A DNA stretch of 64,000 bases from Mytilus californianus (lineage: Eukaryota), in assembly GCF_021869535.1 (NCBI RefSeq), contig NW_026262734.1:6014001-6078000 (forward strand). Direction: 5' to 3'. The position numbers were made by a program, and so were the translations under genes. Positions within the stretch are counted from its first letter, which is position 1, and every line of letters begins with the position of its first letter. Below the pieces are notes generated by a model. The model searched no databases. It had not been told where the DNA came from and saw only the letters and a list, made by a program, of their open reading frames with translations. Below are positions 24,890 through 38,486 of the stretch, in pieces.

Positions 24890-26142
24890 CATATGTGTAA
24901 GTATGTTGTATATTACGGTTATGAATGAGACATTTGGTGGTACATGTACATGTGTCAGGAAATAGAAGTTCCATCATAATATAAGTTCCAAATGGAAGAA
25001 ATATTACATTTTTTTTTATTCCTGACGGAATGAGATTATAGAAAATGTTTGTTTAATTAAAGGTGTACTGAATATAACAATAAATCACTGTACAAATATA
25101 AGTATAAAATTCAGCAGCACTGAATTGAACAAAATTTCAACACTACCGTTTTATCAAGTAACCGTTTATTACTAATTTACAAGAACATAGGAAAGTACCA
25201 TAAAAGTGTGAGTAAATTCATGGAATTGTAGTATATGGAATGGTTCTATTTCAATTTAAAACTGAGGCTAAAGAAGTGCATATCTGAAAACCTTTGAAAG
25301 TTAAGCCAACCACAAATCACACATTAGGAATTACATAAGATTAATTTGATTGGTTGTTACACCACAAATCACACATTAGGAATTACATAAGATTAATTTG
25401 ATTGGTTGTTACACCACAAATCACTTTAGACGGAAACATGAGGATCTGGATTGGGGGGAGAGGGGGAGGGTCCTTAATTTCTGTATTCTTTAAATTTTCA
25501 GGGCATTTTTCTTTATCTGTAAAAATACTGTAAAAATGCTTATTCTGTACATTTTTCATTTCTGTAATCAATATTAATTTTCCACAGTTATTCGTTATAC
25601 TTTAGTTCGTTATTCTCTATTCTTTACATATTTTGCTCATTTTTCTCTAACACTAAGGTTGTGAGTACGAACGTCGCACGACCTTATTTGACTAGGATTG
25701 CCAAATTTCATACCGAATTGAGACCTCACTGGTTTTCTACATCAATAAAAGCTGGCCACCATGATATTTATAAGAGTGATGAAAGTTGCGTAAACACCAA
25801 CAATCACCAATCAATCACAAACCATCTTCCTCATTCATTATTTCAAGTCACTATGTAATCTTATATTGCTGATAAAAGCTGTTTGTATTTACAAAGGAAA
25901 TACTGTCATACTGTATACTGTCATACAAGTGAGAGGTTTAGCTAGCTATGAAACCAGGTTTAATCCACCATTTTCTATATAAGGAAATGCCTGTACTAAG
26001 TCAGGAATATGACAGTTGTTTTCCATTCGTTTGATGTGTTTTAGCTTTTGATTTTGCCATTTGATAAAGGACTGTCCGTTTTGAATTTTGCTTGGAGTTC
26101 GGTATTTTGTTATTTTACTTTTTCCTTTGAATCCATACAGAG

Positions 26143-26670
26143 AATGTATGAACACACTTATGTCAAAGGACATAATTTTTGCACACACTAATATCAAAGG
26201 CCACAATGTATGAACACACTAATGTCAAAAGACGCAATGTATGCACACACTAATGTTAAAAGACACAATGTATGCACACACTAATGTCAAAAGACACAAT
26301 GTATGCACACACTAATGTCAAAGGACACAATGTATGCACACACTAATGTTAAAAGACACAATATATTAACACACTAATGTCAAAAGACACAATGTATGCA
26401 CACACTAATGTCAAAAGACGCAATGTATGCACACACTAATGTTAAAAGACACAATGTATGCACACACTAATGTCATAAGACAATGTATGCACACACTAAT
26501 GTCAAAAGACGCAATGTATGCACACACTAATGTCAAAGGACACAATGTATGCACACACTAATGTCAAAAGACACAATGTATGCAGACACTTATGTCAAAA
26601 GACACAATGTATGCACACACTAATATCAAAGACACAATGTATGCACACACTAATGTCAAAAGACACAATA
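26143..26670. repeat. 31-bp minisatellite (aatgtatgcacacactaatgtcaaaagacac)n, ~17 copies
   Basis: Direct reading. Confidence 0.95.
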
Positions 26671-27909
26671 CATTTATGAAACAAGAGTAAAAAGACATGA
26701 AGGGGATACGTTTATGACACATAAATCAAAAAGACCAAAAATACATAGAGACATATAGAGCGCAAAGTACAGTGTTCACTAATGGACACGTTTATTGAAA
26801 GCCGACCCCGACCTTGACCTTTTGACATCATACAAAATTAAGGAGCAAGTTTTATATTGGATATAACCAGATTACCTTACGCGATCAACCTGGAATGGCA
26901 TCTGTTCCAAAATAAAATAAAATTTCAAATATATATTACATATCCACACATAACAAGAAGAAAGGAATGCGGTTATATTTTGAATTAAAATGTGCGTTTA
27001 CATTTATCTCTTTTGTTTTTTTCAGATTCCATAAAGAGGTTACAATTACAAATGCAAACAAAATAAAAGATATTTGATAATTCATAATAGAAAGAATTGT
27101 TTTTATTTCGACCAAAACTGATGATACATTTCCTTTTTTTTAAACTTTTTAATAATTGTTTTTCTTTACATATCCAATCAAAAAACCTTTTAATGGTAGG
27201 AAAACAGTTTTGTCTAATCGCGAAAACTGTTATTTAGGCGATAATCGACTCTTCTGCAATATCTGATATCACTTCTGGATTTGATGGAAGTTCTATTACA
27301 CAAATTTCACAGTCACTATCATGATTACTCATCAGTTGTCAGGTTAGTGTTGCATAAAACTTCTTCCTGTGCTTAAAAGTTTATTCATCAATTAATGACG
27401 ACCCATATTTGACTGATTCTCGGTAGTACGATATCCTACGGCTACCACGGATTATACATATACATGTATATTATCCAATAGCCAGTCTCTCTGTTACAAT
27501 TAAGTGCACATGCAACGATCTTTGCACGTGAAAAAAACCCTTGTAATAACTCTTTCACCGGTTTAAAGGTCGCTTATTTCAAGATAAAATCTCTATCTAT
27601 GGTATATAAAAAAAAGAGTAGCCGGAGTAACCGACGGAATAACCAAACTCATGAATATAAACTGAAAAGGCCATGGCAAGAAATGAAATACTACAAAAAG
27701 ACAAACAATAGTCTAAGAAACACAACATAAAACAGAAGACTGAGCAATACGGACCCAACCAAAAAAATCGGGGTGATCGAACGTGCTCCAGAAGGAAAAG
27801 CGGATACTGCTCCACATGTGGATCCCGTCGTAATTTGTACCCTTCCTGTATGTAACATAATATTTGCCTCTTGACGTGAAACAACAACGATTAATCAATC
27901 AATTCATAG

Positions 27910-30053
27910 AGTACTCAGTGCAGCTGATATCTGTTACCGTTATTCTTACCCTTCCGGAGCACGTATTCAGTGCAGCTGATATCTGTTAAGATATCTCTAC
28001 TCTTCCGGAGCACGTCCTTAGTGCAGCTGATATCTGTTACGGCTATCCTTCTCCGTCCAGAGCACGTACTTAATGTAGCTGATAACTGTTACAGATATCC
28101 GTACCCTTTTAGAGCACGTACTTAGTGCAGCTGATATCTGTAACGAATATTCCTCTCCTTCCGGAGCACGTACTGAGTGCAGCTGATATCTGTTACGGAT
28201 ATCCTTCTCCTGCCAGAGCACGTACTTAGTGCAGCTGATATCGGGTATGGATATCCATACCCTTCAGGAGCACGTACTTAGTGCAACTGATATCTTTTGC
28301 GGATATCCTTCTCCTTCCGGAGCACGTACTTAGTGTAGCTGATATCTGTTTTGAATATCATTACCCTTCCTGAGCATGTACTTAGTGTAGCTGATATCTG
28401 TTACGGATACCTGTACCCTTCTAGAGCACGTACTTAGTGCAGCTGATATCTGAAACGAATATTCCCCTCCTTCCGGAGCACGTACTGAGTGCAGCTGATA
28501 TCTGTTACGGATATCCTTCTCCTTCCGGAGCACATACGTAGTGCAGCTGATATCGGGTATGGAAATCAATACCCTTCCGGAGCACGTACTTGTTGCAGCT
28601 GATATCTGTTACAGATATCCTCCTTTCGGAGAACGTACTTAGTGCAGCTGATATCTGTTATGATTATCATTACCCTTCTGAAGCACATATTCAGTGCAGC
28701 TAGTATCTGTTACGGATATCCGTAACCTTCCGGAGCACATATTTAGTGCAGCTTATATCTGTTCTGGATATCTAACTTTTCGGAGCACGAACTGAGTGCA
28801 GCTGATATCTGTTACGGATATCCCTACCCGTCCGGAGCACGTACTCAGTGAAGCTGATATCTGTTACGGATATCATTATCCATTCGGAGCACGTACTTAG
28901 TGCAGCTGATATCTGTTACGGCTATCCTTCTCCGTCCAGAGCACGTACTTAATGTAGCTGATAACTGTTACAGATATCCGTACCCTTTTAGAGCACGTAC
29001 TTAGTGCAGCTGATATCTGTAACGAATATTCCTCTCCTTCCGGAGCACGTACTGAGTGCAGCTGATATCTGTTACGGATATCCTTCTCCTGCCAGAGCAC
29101 GTACTTAGTGCAGCTGATATCGGGTATGGATATCCATACCCTTCAGGAGCACGTACTTAGTGCAACTGATATCTTTTGCGGATATCCTTCTCCTTCCGGA
29201 GCACGTACTTAGTGTAGCTGATATCTGTTTTGAATATCATTACCCTTCCTGAGCATGTACTTAGTGTAGCTGATATCTGTTACGGATACCCGTACCCTTC
29301 TAGAGCACGTACTTAGTGCAGCTGATATCTGAAACGAATATTCCCCTCCTTCCGGAGCACGTACTGAGTGCAGCTGATATCTGTTACGGATATCCTTCTC
29401 CTTCCGGAGCACATACGTAGTGCAGCTGATATCGGGTATGGAAATCAATACCCTTCCGGAGCACGTACTTGTTGCAGCTGATATCTGTTACAGATATCCT
29501 CCTTTCGGAGAACGTACTTAGTGCAGCTGATATCTGTTATGATTATCATTACCCTTCTGAAGCACATATTCAGTGCAGCTAGTATCTGTTACGGATATCC
29601 GTAACCTTCCGGAGCACATATTTAGTGCAGCTTATATCTGTTATGGATATCTAACTTTTCGGAGCACGAACTGAGTGCAGCTGATATCTGTTACGGATAT
29701 CCCTACCCGTCCGGAGCACGTACTCAGTGAAGCTGATATCTGTTACGGATATCATTATCCATTCGGAGCACGTACTTAGTGCAGCTGATATCTGTTACGG
29801 CTATCCTTCTCCGTCCGGAGCACGTACTTAGTGCAGCTGATATCTGTTACGGATATCCCTACCCTTCCGGAGCTACTTAGTGCAGATGATATCTGTTATG
29901 GATATCCATACCCTTCCTGAGCACGTACTTAGTGCAGCTGATATCTGTTACGGATATCCCTACCCTTCCGGAGCTACTTAGTGCAGATGATATCTGTTAT
30001 GGATATCCATACCCTTCCTGAGCACGTACGTAGTGCAGCTGATATCTGTTACG
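27910..30053. repeat. 52-bp satellite (~41 copies) with an 879-bp higher-order duplication
   Basis: Unit ccttccggagcacgtacttagtgcagctgatatctgttacggatatccctac. Near-identical ORF pairs are offset by 879 bp (28018/28897 and 28330/29209). Confidence 0.95.
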
Positions 30054-30056
30054 TTA

Positions 30057-33000
30057 TTCATATGTTAAATTCAACCTACACTTAGTAAGTGGTTTATTGT
30101 TGTCCCAGACTACCAGGTTCCCTATATGTGTAGCTGTCAAAACTCGAATGCTGTTTCTCTGGAAAATAGACTGGCTATATCTTCCAACCTGTTTGTTGAA
30201 ATCCTGGTCAGTCAGAGGTGGGGCATAGTATTCCATGTGTCCATCATTCTATAAGAAAACATTCACTGTACGTATGAAAACAAGATGCGGGGTATGTGCC
30301 AATGAGACAACACAACCAAACTAATTTTAATCAATTAATTGAGAACTGAAATTAATTATTGATTATCCAGTTTCTGTCAGTTAATAATGTAGTTCAGAAC
30401 TCTTTATATATGTCAGGATTTTGGAGAGCATATTTTACCAAGCAGTGAAATATCAACTTGCCAAATTTGTTTTAAAATTATGAATATAATGACATTGATG
30501 TTTTGGCCAATAAAAAACACAAATTACATCCTACATTGACCAACTGTTAATATTCTGTTCTGTTTTTTTTATGTTTTATTCCTGGTTTGATTTGTTTATA
30601 AGATAGTTGTAAATAATAACCTGGCATGTGTCCTGTTGGCATGCATTGTAGTCTAGTAAAACTTCAATTTTCTTTATAGATAGGATGTAATTCTCACTTA
30701 CCCAATGATAAAATATGACTTGTGATTCACTGTTCGTCACCAGATAGTGTATATCATCAGGATTAATTAAAAATAAAATTCTGTAATCCAAACTTAGGAT
30801 TCAACTCGGCTGTACACATAGGGGATTCCCCATCTACAGTCCAATTCCATATTGACAAAACCTGAAACAAGAAGGCTCAATTAATGTAGGCATATCTAAA
30901 ATCTCAAAAAAAGAATGTTCAATATATCTCTTCTTTGTTTGTCAAATTATAATAGAAGGACAGAGGTCAATATCAACGCCAGCTATAATGTAGTGAGCTG
31001 ATATGGCAATGTGTGTTTATTTGAGTGAAGAAAAATATATTGAAAACTCTATTTATAATGTTTTGAAAATTAAATGTCAGATGAGATGGGTGTCAACATA
31101 TTGATTTTTTTCACTTTTTTTTGCAATTTATTTTATAACACAGTCAGGGATAAAACTTATACCAATAATTACTATTTCAGCAGACTGTCTGATAATTCAA
31201 ATGCTTTTTGAGATACTTTAGTTTACATGAGGATACTTAGGTATTAAAGAATTATTGCACCACTGCACTATATTATTTACACAGACAAGTTTAAGCATGA
31301 TCTGCAATAAAAGTATAATGCTTTCAAGTTTAAGAGAGATATTACGATAACAAGTCTTAGTCAAATTACTGACAACTTAAAGTTTGTTATAATCATATTT
31401 TTTTTAGGCTTAGCATCTATCAGATAATACAAGGGACAGTCACAATTTCTGGTAATGTCTTTCATGTTACGTTTAAGTTAAAAACAATATTCAATAAATA
31501 ACTAATGCATGATGAAACATATAATACTGAGTCCAACCTTATTCAATTTGTCGTAACAAGATTTTTTTTTAAAAATACCCTCTACAGAAAAACAAATGAA
31601 ATTTTTTATGACAAAGGGAAATAACTCTAAAGGTTCTATTTTCTTTACTGACATAACTGTAATAGTTTGATTCGTTGATGATTGCTTAACATCATGTAAT
31701 AGTTTGATAGAAATATTTCAATGGTAAAGCAAGATATTTTCGCATTTAGAATGTTTTAAATACATCAATATTGGAAAATGGCCAAATTGGTTAATCAAGT
31801 CTTAAGATATTGTAACAACAAATTTACATGATGCAAAGCATAGCCAAAATTGCTGTTATTTACCCGGTGTAAGTGTCCCAGATAGTGACCATACTGTTCA
31901 CTTCCTTGTCTCCTGTAGCTAACCATCTTTTATCTTCACTAACACATGTAGAGGTCAAGGGGTTTGACTGACAAAAAGAATTGAAAAACCATATTATATC
32001 TAGTATACATATTCTATATTACAATGTACACTAACTTAACTTTAGTATCCTGTTATTCCTGTTTGATCTAAATATTAACATACATATATATTTGTATCAT
32101 AATAAAGGATAATGGTACTACATGTAGCTAATGTATGTCACCAAACATCACTTGTTAGGGTCAATTATAAGGAATCTACAATTTTCAATAAAAAAAACTA
32201 CCTATAATTAATTTATAAATGTCAGCAATTCATTTTTGTGTTGTTTTGAGAATTGGAAAATAAAAATCAAGAAAATAAAAAGATGCCCCTAAAGAACCTA
32301 ATGTATTTTAGATATATTAGAATCATATACATGTATATGTGAATCCATAAAAGGTAAAAATGGTATTGTGTTAGGTATTAGTTTAATTATTCATTTTTTT
32401 ATAAATTCTTTTTTTCATGGTTACTATAATTATAATGAGATTCTAGAAATATTTTCATGGTAGTATTATGTTCAGATGTTTTGCTGTTCAAAAAAGGAAA
32501 TCTAGTACCAGTAATGTGATTCCTTTAGAAATAACACTTACATGTCCTTGTAATATATGCTGTCTATTATTCTCAAAATCAAACAGTACACCAACATGTG
32601 CACAGGCATACATTATCAGTTTACGATTATCATCTGTCAAATTCAACACTTGGATATTTCTGTTTAATCCAAACGACCATACAATATTCTCAAAAGAAGA
32701 ATTATAAATACTAATGCAACCATATAATCTTCAAACTTATTTTACCTTGTATATACACTTCTAGGAATATCATTGGTTAAAAGTGAACATGTGGGAACCG
32801 AGTATATTTAATAATAGGTCAATGGGTGTGTTTTATTTTAAATACACTGTCAGTGGCCGTGGTTTATTTTAAATACACGTTTAGTAGTAGAGTTATGTTC
32901 CTTCAAAAAATATTTAAAAATGGCGTTGTTCCAAAATTATCATACATAATACATAACATTTTCATGCTTTTAGACAATAACATGTCTTAAAGATGCTGAC

Positions 33001-33542
33001 TTTCACACTGTAAATAATTGAATGTTCTGTTTAATGTCGTGTTTAAATTGTGATTTCCCAGCGTTGAGACGTGTCCATCGCAAGAATTAAGTCAATTTTG
33101 CTCCAACATCATTACATGTCTTCAAAATTAGGAGAAATGTAAGTATGTTGTGTTTTAAGCTTGGCATACCTAAAACATAGTTTTTTTTCTGTCACAAATT
33201 CAGTTAATGATGAGTCCAGTTGACAGTCATCACACTGTAGCCAATAAACTTACATGTTAAATTTGTTTAATATTTAGGACATCCTTATAAGAATTACATG
33301 TATGCTTAGGATACCTTAATTCTTATTCTAGCATGGTTTAGTGTGATTTATATTGTTCTGATAACACCTTATTACTATTTGTGATATTTTTAATTGACTT
33401 GAACTATTGACATTACACAACAATCACTTTCTTTTGAGAGGTCAACATTTAACAGGAACGACTGTGATGTCAAATAATGATAATTTTTTAAATTATGTGG
33501 ATGCGATAGCATACTAAAGCAGTTGTGGCCTGTCTGGTGATG
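30057..33542 (-). pseudogene. CFAP251: Inverted partial duplicate of CFAP251 (source 43497-48770): end of exon 1, exons 2, 3, 5 and 6
   Basis: Reverse-complement match. Exon copies are at 32688-32542, 31967-31864, 30861-30702 (+1 frameshift, then TAA) and 30248-30080. Exon 4 is deleted, the exon 1 tail has a 28-bp deletion, and there is no ATG or promoter. Confidence 0.92.
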
Positions 33543-33583
33543 TTGATAATCTTTAAATTTATCTTACCTTGTATACACTTCTA

Positions 33584-36500
33584 TATGGAATGGTTGATAC
33601 CTCCATATGTCAATATGGAATGGTTGATAACTCCATATGTCAATATGGAATGGTTGATACCTCAATATGTCAGTATGGAATGGTTGATACCTCCATATGT
33701 CAGTATGGAATGGTTGATACCTCCATATGTCAGTATGGAATGGTTGATACCTCCATATGTCAGTATGGAATGGTTGATACCTCCATATGTCAGTATGGAA
33801 TGGTTGATACCTCCATATGTCAATATGGAATGGCTGATATGTCAATATGGAATGGTTTATACCTCCATATGTCAGTATGGAATGGTTGATACCTCCATAT
33901 GACAATATGAAATGGTTGATATGTCAATATGGAATGGTTGATACCTCCATATGTCAGTATGGAATGATTGATACTTCCAAATGTCAGCATGGAATGGTTG
34001 ATACCTCCATATGTCAGTATGGAATGGTTGATACCTCCATATATCAGTATAGAATGGTTGATACCTCCATATGTCAGTATAGAATGGTTGATACCTCCAT
34101 ATGTTATTATGGAATGGTTGATACCTCCATATGTCAGTATAGAATGGTTGATACCTCCATATGTCAATATGGAATGGTTGATATGTCAATATGGAATGGT
34201 TGATATGTCAATATGGAATGGTTGATACCTTCTCATGTCAGTATGGAATGGTTGATACCTCCATATGTCAGTATTGAATGGTTGATACCTCTATATGTCA
34301 ATATGAAATGGTTGATACCTCCATATGTCAGTATGGAATGGTTGATTCCTCCATATGTCAGTATAGAATGGTTGATGCCTCCATATGTCAATATGAAATG
34401 GTTGATACCTCCATATGTCAGTATGGAATGGTTGATACCTCCAAATGTCAGTATCGAATGGTTGATACATCCATATGTCAGTATGGAATGGTTGATACCT
34501 CCATATGTCAGTATAAAATGGTTGATACCTGCATATGTCAGTATGGAATGGTTGATACCTCCATATGTCAATATGGAATGGTTGATACCTCCATATGTCA
34601 ATATGGAATGGTTAATACCTCCAAATGTCAGCATGGAATGGGTGATACCTCCATATGTCAATATGGAATGGTTGATACCTCCAAATGTCAGCATGGAATG
34701 GTTGATACCTCTATATGTCAATATGGAATGGTTGATACCTCCATATGTCAGTATTGAATGGTTGATACCTCCATATGTCAGTATGAAATGGTTGATACCT
34801 CCATATGTCAGTATGGAATGGTTAATACCTCCAGATGTCAATATGGAATGGTTGATACCTCCATATGTCAATATGGAATGGTTGATACATCCATTAGTCA
34901 GAATGGAATGGTTGATACCTTCACATGTCAGTATGGAACGGTTGATACCTCCTCATGTCAGTATGGTATGGTTGATACCTCCATATGTCAGTATGGAATG
35001 GTTGATACCTCCATATGTTAATATGGAATGGTTGATACCTCCATATGTCAATATGGAACGATTGATACCTCCATATGTCAGTATGGAATGGTTGATACCT
35101 CCATATGTCAATATGGAATGGTTGATACCTCCATATGTCAATATGTAATGATTGATACCTCCATATGTCAATATGGAAAGGTTGATACCTCCATTTGTCA
35201 GTATGGAATGGGTTGATATCTCCATATGTCAATATGGAATGGTTCATACCTCCATATGTCAATATGGAATGGTTGATACCTCCATATGTCAGTATGGAAT
35301 GGTTGATACCTCCATATGTCAATATGAAATGGTTGATACCTCCATATGTTAGTATGGAATGGTTGATACCTCAAAATGTCAGTATCGAATGGTTGATACC
35401 TCCATATGTCAGTATGGAATGGTTGATACCTCCATATGTCAGTAAAGAATGGTTGCTACCTCCATATGTCAGTATGGAATGGTTGATACCTCCATATGTC
35501 AATATGGAATGGTTGATATGTCAATATGGAATGGTTGATACCTCCATATGTCAGTATGGAATGGTTGATACCTCCAAATGTCAGTATGGAATGGTTGATA
35601 CCTCCATATGTCAATATGGAATGGTTGATATGTCAATATGGAATGGTTGATACCTCCATATGTCAGTATGGAATGGTTGATACCTCCATATGTCAGTATG
35701 GAATGGTTGATACCTCCAAATGTCAGCATGGAATGGTTGATACCTCCATATGTCAATATGGAATGGTTGATATGTCAATATTGAATGGTTGATACCTCCA
35801 TATGTCAGTATGGAATGGTTGATACCTCCATATGTCAGTATAGAATGGTTGATACCTATTTATGTCAGTATAAAATGGTTGATACCTCCATATGTCAGTA
35901 TGGAATGGTTGATACCTCCATATGTCAGTATGGAATGGTTGATACCTCCAAATGTCAGCATGGAATGGTTGATACCTCCATATGTCAATATGGAATGGTT
36001 GATATATCAATATGGAATGGTTGATACCTCCATATGTCAGTATAGAATGGTTGATACCTCCATATGTCAGTATAAAATGGTTGATACCTCCATATGTCAG
36101 TATGGAATGGTTGATACCTCCATATGTCAGTATGGAATGGTTGATACCTCCAAACGTCAGCATGGAATGGTTGATACCTCCATATGTCAATATGGAATGG
36201 TTGATATATCAATATGGAATGGTTGATACCTCCATATGTCAATATGGAATTGTTGATACCTCCTAATGTCAGCATGGAATGGTTGATACCTCCATATGTC
36301 AATATGGAATGGTTGATATGTCAATATGGAATGGTTGATACCTCCATATGTCAGTATTGAATGGTTGATACCTCCATATGTCAGTATGGAATGGTTCATA
36401 CCTCCATATGTCAGTATGGAATGGTTGATACCTCCATATGTCAATATGGAATGGTTGATACCTCCATTTGTCAATATGAAATGGTTGATACATCCATATG

Positions 36501-37220
36501 TCATTATGGAATGGTTGATACCTCCATTTGTCAATATGGAATGGTTGATACCTCCATATGTCAGAATGGAATGGTTGATACCTTCACATGTCAGTATGGA
36601 ATGGTTGATACCTCCATTTGTCAATATGAAATGGTTGATACCTCCATATGTCAGTATGGAATGGATGATACCTCCATTTGTCAATATGGAATGGTTGATA
36701 CCTCCATATGTCAATATGGAATGGTTGATGCCTCCAAATGTCAGCATGGAATGGTTGATACCTCCATATGTCAATATGGAATGGTTGATATGTCAATATG
36801 GAATGGTTGATACCTCCATATGTCAGTATTGAATGGTTGATACCTCCATATGTCAGTATAGAATGGTTCATACCTCCATATGTCAGTATGGAATGGTTGA
36901 TACCTCCATATGTCAATATGGATTGGTTGATACCTCCATTTGTCAATATGAAATGGTTGATACCTCCATATGTCAGTATGGAATGGTTGATACTTCCATA
37001 TGTCAGTATGGAATGGTTGATACCTCCATATGTCAGTATGGAATGGTTGATACTTCCATATGTCAGTATGGAATGGTTGATACCTCCATATGTCAGTATG
37101 GAATGGTTAAACTTCCATATGTCAGTATGGAATTGTTGATACCTCCATATGTCAGTATGGAATGGTTGATACCTCCATTTGGCAGTATGGAATGATTGAT
37201 ACCTCCATATGTTAGTATGA
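33584..37220. repeat. 30-bp minisatellite (atggaatggttgatacctccatatgtcagt)n, ~120 copies, with interspersed 22-bp deletion variants
   Basis: Direct reading; explains all the MEWLIPPYVS, YGMVDTSICQ, TYGGINHSIL and DIWRYQPFHT ORFs. Confidence 0.97.
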
Positions 37221-37520
37221 AAAACCACACTCATTTAAAATGTTTTCAACAGTTATAAAAAACCCAATTCTTGTCATCTTTAGATTTCTCTCTTTTTGGT
37301 AAAGAGTTTATAGTCTATATTCTCGTTGTATTTTATAAAGCTAGTTTCACCCTTTAAATAACCTGTGATATATCAGTCAATTATTTTTTTTATTTCACGG
37401 GTTTCATTGCGTTTAGTTAGGTTTTTTTTCTATTAGAGGAATTAGGCCTCACTGAGTCTCCGTTTAAATCAATCTAATTAAAAATATAGATTTCTGATTT
37501 CTTTGTTTCGTTACTCTCAT

Positions 37521-37672
37521 TAAGGAATGACTGTAATATTTTGTTTTATTCGAAATAACGTAAAAAATGTGGTGCACACTTTTAAATAACCCGCTACGCG
37601 GGTTATGCAGTGTGCACCACATTTTTGATGTAATTTCTTCATAGACAGAAAAAATATTACAGTCATTCCTTA
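37521..37672. mobile_element. ~150-bp foldback MITE with TA ends
   Basis: taaggaatgactgtaatattt ... aaatattacagtcattcctta, with internal palindrome gtggtgcacac...aacccgctacgcgggtt...gtgtgcaccac. Confidence 0.75.
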
Positions 37673-38405
37673 TAATGTAATTCTAAATTCCATTTTTAAG
37701 GAGTAAATCATGAAAAAAACGTCGATGACGTCACGGTCAAATGACAAAATTTTGTCTATGCGTTGATAGAGAAAAAACTTTCAACTAATCAGAAGACGTG
37801 TTACATCCAAAATTAAATTATTTTATAATACGAGCAAGCGAGTTGTGATAGATCTGAATTTTAATCAGATTGCAACATTAACAACAACAACAACAACAAC
37901 ACCATACGAACAAAACAAATAAAAAATAATATGTATATAGACATAAGATTGTCATCTTCCAAATGTATTAAAGAAAGAAATAGAATCTATAGAAGACTTG
38001 TTTCCGTAAAAATCAGAAACCAACAATTCAATTTATGTTATGACATTATACTCAACCGGAAACATACCGAGCCCAATAATAGACCCTCACATACACTTAC
38101 TACTGCGGATCATTCTGATTGTTTGTTTGTGCATCTGCATCCAATGTTTGATACATTCATGAGGGTCTTCAATTCTGTATTCTTTAATTTTTAAGCCATT
38201 TTTCTCAAAGGTTTATAACTTTTGACCAATATTCTCTATTCGTTATAGTTTAACACCTCATTATTCTCTAATTTTTACTTTGTTTTGCATATTTTCCTCT
38301 ATTCTCTGTCATATTTTACCCGTTATTGTCTATTCTGAAAACCCCATCCAGACCCTCATTTATGCATCATCAGGACGAGATCAAATGAGACAATAAATTT
38401 TAAAC

Positions 38406-38414
38406 ATAATAATA

Positions 38415-38485
<71 letters not shown>
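38406..38485. repeat. (AAT)n microsatellite
   Basis: Direct reading. Confidence 0.98.

Positions 38486-38486
<1 letters not shown>

Noticed and set aside
30057-33542. Functional CFAP251 paralog
   Set aside because: It has no start or promoter, exon 4 is missing, and exon 5 is frameshifted.
33525-37234. Dozens of long ORFs (up to 311 aa) with 10-aa repeats
   Set aside because: They are translations of a 30-bp satellite on both strands and in several frames at once, with frameshifting 22-bp units and no splice or gene context.
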